The notes below the pieces were generated by a model, which searched no databases, was not told the origin of the DNA, and saw only the letters and a list, made by a program, of their open reading frames with translations. Made by a program: the position numbers and the translations under genes. DNA of 25,457 bases from Oscillospiraceae bacterium (GTDB taxonomy: Bacteria > Bacillota > Clostridia > Oscillospirales > Ruminococcaceae), in NCBI GenBank assembly GCA_045638185.1, contig JAZUAX010000125.1, positions 1 to 25,457 of the forward strand, in the 5' to 3' direction. Positions 23,826-25,457 of the stretch are shown in pieces (the stretch's first letter is position 1; each line of letters starts with the position of its first letter).

Positions 23826-24551
23826 TCAATACAAAACTTTTCCGAGGAAATCCTTGGTTCTGGGGTTCTGGGGATTATTGAAAATCTCATCCGGAGTTCC
23901 CTCTTCCGCAACAATTCCGCCGTCCATGAAAACAACTTTGTCACTTACTTCTTTTGCAAAGCCCATTTCGTGGGTTACGATAACGGAGGTCATTCCGTCT
24001 TTAACAAGGCCTTTGATAACATCAAGAACCTCACCTACCATTTCCGGGTCAAGAGCGGAAGTAGGTTCATCGAAAAGCATTACATCCGGTTCCATAGCAA
24101 GAGCACGGACAATTGCAAGACGCTGTTTCTGACCGCCGGAAAGGCTTGTTGCGCTTTCGTTTGCTTTTTCTGCAAGGCCTACTCTGTTAAGAAGTTCCAT
24201 TGCCTGATCAAAAGCTTCCGCTTTGGATTTTTTCTTAACAATTGTAGGGGCAAGGGTTACGTTTTCGAGAACGGAAAGATGCGGGAAAACGTTAAAATGC
24301 TGGAAAACCATTCCCATTTTCTGGCGGTGAAGGTCGATATCCACTTTTTCGCTGGTGATATCGGTTCCCTGGAAAATGATCTGGCCGGAATCAGGGGTTT
24401 CGAGCATATTGAGGCAGCGGAGGAAAGTTGATTTACCGCCGCCGGAAGGTCCGATTATAGAGATAACTTCCTGGGGTGCAACGTGTTCATTGATGCCTTT
24501 GAGTACCTGGAGGTCTCCGAAGCTTTTATAAAGATCGATAGTCTGAATCAT
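23826..24551 (-). CDS. polar amino acid ABC transporter ATP-binding protein (GlnQ/HisP type)
   Basis: 241 aa. Walker [10 protein letters not shown], signature LSGGQKQR, Walker [12 protein letters not shown], and H-loop VTHEM. The ATG overlaps the permease stop (ATGA). Confidence 0.93.
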   Translation of the reverse strand: MIQTIDLYKSFGDLQVLKGINEHVAPQEVISIIGPSGGGKSTFLRCLNMLETPDSGQIIFQGTDITSEKVDIDLHRQKMGMVFQHFNVFPHLSVLENVTLAPTIVKKKSKAEAFDQAMELLNRVGLAEKANESATSLSGGQKQRLAIVRALAMEPDVMLFDEPTSALDPEMVGEVLDVIKGLVKDGMTSVIVTHEMGFAKEVSDKVVFMDGGIVAEEGTPDEIFNNPQNPRTKDFLGKVLY

Positions 24552-25297
24552 TTGCTGTTGAGTCTCCTTTCATAGGCAAGAATGATTTTGCTGAGTACGA
24601 ATGTAAGAATGAAATAGATGATCGCTACAATAATTAGCGCTTCAAGAGCAAGATAGGTTGCGCCTTTGACTTTAAGATAGGAAGTCATAAGATCGCCGAT
24701 GAAGAAAGTGGAAGCCATGGAGGTTTCCTTGATGATGGAAACAAATTCGCTTCCGATTGCGGGAAGGATGTTCTTTACTGCCTGAGGAAGAACTACCCTT
24801 ATCATGGTCTGGGTTTTGTTCATACCGAGGGAACGGGCTGCTTCGGTCTGGCCTTTATCAACTGCCTGGATACCGGAACGGACAAGTTCGGAAACGTATG
24901 CTGCAGAGTTGAGTGCAAGAGCAATCGAAGTCCAGGTGAACATCGAAAAATCTGCAATTTTAATAATTGTAGGAAGGATTATAACAAAAAGATAAAGCTG
25001 GAGAAGAAGAGGAGTATCACGAAGGATCTCGGTATAAGCGGAGCAAAGGAAGCTGATGGGATTGAATTCTGAAATTGCGTGTACAATTCCTTTTTTAGCT
25101 TTCTTTTTGTTAAGGAAACGGAAAGGTTTCCAGTTGGACATTCTTCCGATTGCGATTACAACACCAAAAATGGAACCAAAGAAAACCGCAATGGCGGAAA
25201 GAATAAGGGTATATTTAACACCTTCGAAAATGAATACCTGCCAGTAATTTTCGATAAGGGTTTTCATGTTTTCAAGAATGGTTGCTAAACTGAACAT
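24548..25297 (-). CDS. amino acid ABC transporter permease (His/Glu/Gln/Arg/opine family)
   Basis: 249 aa. EAA-type loop [33 protein letters not shown] lies 6 nt upstream. It carries an extra Lys-rich segment of about 20 aa ([23 protein letters not shown]) after TM1. Confidence 0.9.
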   Translation of the reverse strand: MFSLATILENMKTLIENYWQVFIFEGVKYTLILSAIAVFFGSIFGVVIAIGRMSNWKPFRFLNKKKAKKGIVHAISEFNPISFLCSAYTEILRDTPLLLQLYLFVIILPTIIKIADFSMFTWTSIALALNSAAYVSELVRSGIQAVDKGQTEAARSLGMNKTQTMIRVVLPQAVKNILPAIGSEFVSIIKETSMASTFFIGDLMTSYLKVKGATYLALEALIIVAIIYFILTFVLSKIILAYERRLNSK

Positions 25298-25330
25298 TAT
25301 CTGTCCTCCGGAAAAGGTTCATTTATTACG

Positions 25331-25363
25331 GCAAAAGCAGGGCGAAATTATTTCCGCCCTGCC
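25331..25363 (-). terminator. intercistronic hairpin or partial terminator between the binding-protein and permease genes
   Basis: On the minus strand: GCAGGGCG-GAAATAATTT-CGCCCTGC followed by TTTTGCC. Confidence 0.5.
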
Positions 25364-25388
25364 AAATTTTAGTTGTAAGGGATTTTTA

Positions 25389-25457
25389 TCAGCCGGCGAT
25401 GTTACCTTCGTCATCGTAGCTTACTTCCTGAGAGTTTGCGCTTTCAGCAAGTGCAAG
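25389..25457 (-). CDS. C-terminal 22 codons of an upstream gene, probably the ABC substrate-binding protein (partial)
   Basis: Own translation of the minus strand: LALAESANSQEVSYDDEGNIAG then stop (TGA, 25389-25391). The frame is open to the window end. The function is inferred only from the usual SBP-permease-ATPase order. Confidence 0.35.
   Translation of the reverse strand, partial: LALAESANSQEVSYDDEGNIAG

Noticed and set aside
24548-25297. Lys-rich insertion of about 20 aa ([23 protein letters not shown]) after TM1 of the ABC permease.
   Set aside because: Loop-length variation is common in this permease family. There are no motifs or repeats, so it is not informative without an alignment.
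1-25457. CRISPR arrays, transposase or IS ends, retron/DGR components and toxin-antitoxin pairs.
   Set aside because: I saw no regularly spaced direct repeats, no reverse transcriptase, no recombinase-like ORF in any frame of the track, and no adjacent small gene pairs with TA-like organisation.

Overview
This looks like an ordinary, syntenic housekeeping stretch of a low-to-moderate GC Firmicutes/Clostridia chromosome. A Ruminococcus/Oscillospiraceae-like origin is only an inference from gene content and codon style. I see no integrase, transposase, CRISPR array, phage genes or recognisable defence system.

Gene content, left to right:
- a DUF4358-like lipoprotein, then a four-gene tRNA operon (Gly-Arg-His-Gln);
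- an ECF S component with a zinc-ribbon tail, then ychF;
- an OmpR-type response regulator, a histidine kinase and an HtrA-like protease;
- a HAD-IIA phosphatase;
- a minus-strand operon (ECF S component, DUF5711-like protein, CvpA, ClpE-like AAA+ ATPase);
- recG and an AlkD-like DNA alkylation repair protein;
- feoA, feoB and a FeoB-associated Cys-rich peptide that is absent from the ORF track;
- a small RHH-like ORF, tsaD and GTP-dependent PEP carboxykinase;
- an AbgB-like M20 amidohydrolase and the end of a polar amino-acid ABC transporter operon.

I did not find a convincing novel multi-gene system. The observations most worth a second look are non-coding:
1. Three copies of a GGTTAG-N6-CTAAC palindrome, plus tandem terminators, around feoA, next to a divergent RHH-like ORF.
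2. A GC-rich, foldable ~130-nt spacer bounded by a duplicated tRNA-Gln 3' end plus terminator.
3. A five-copy TTGCAA array upstream of the PEPCK promoter.
4. Atypical domain architectures: an ECF S component with a C-terminal zinc ribbon, and a ClpE-like ATPase with a 3-Cys N-terminal finger.

The many long antisense ORFs in the track are codon-aligned shadows of real genes.
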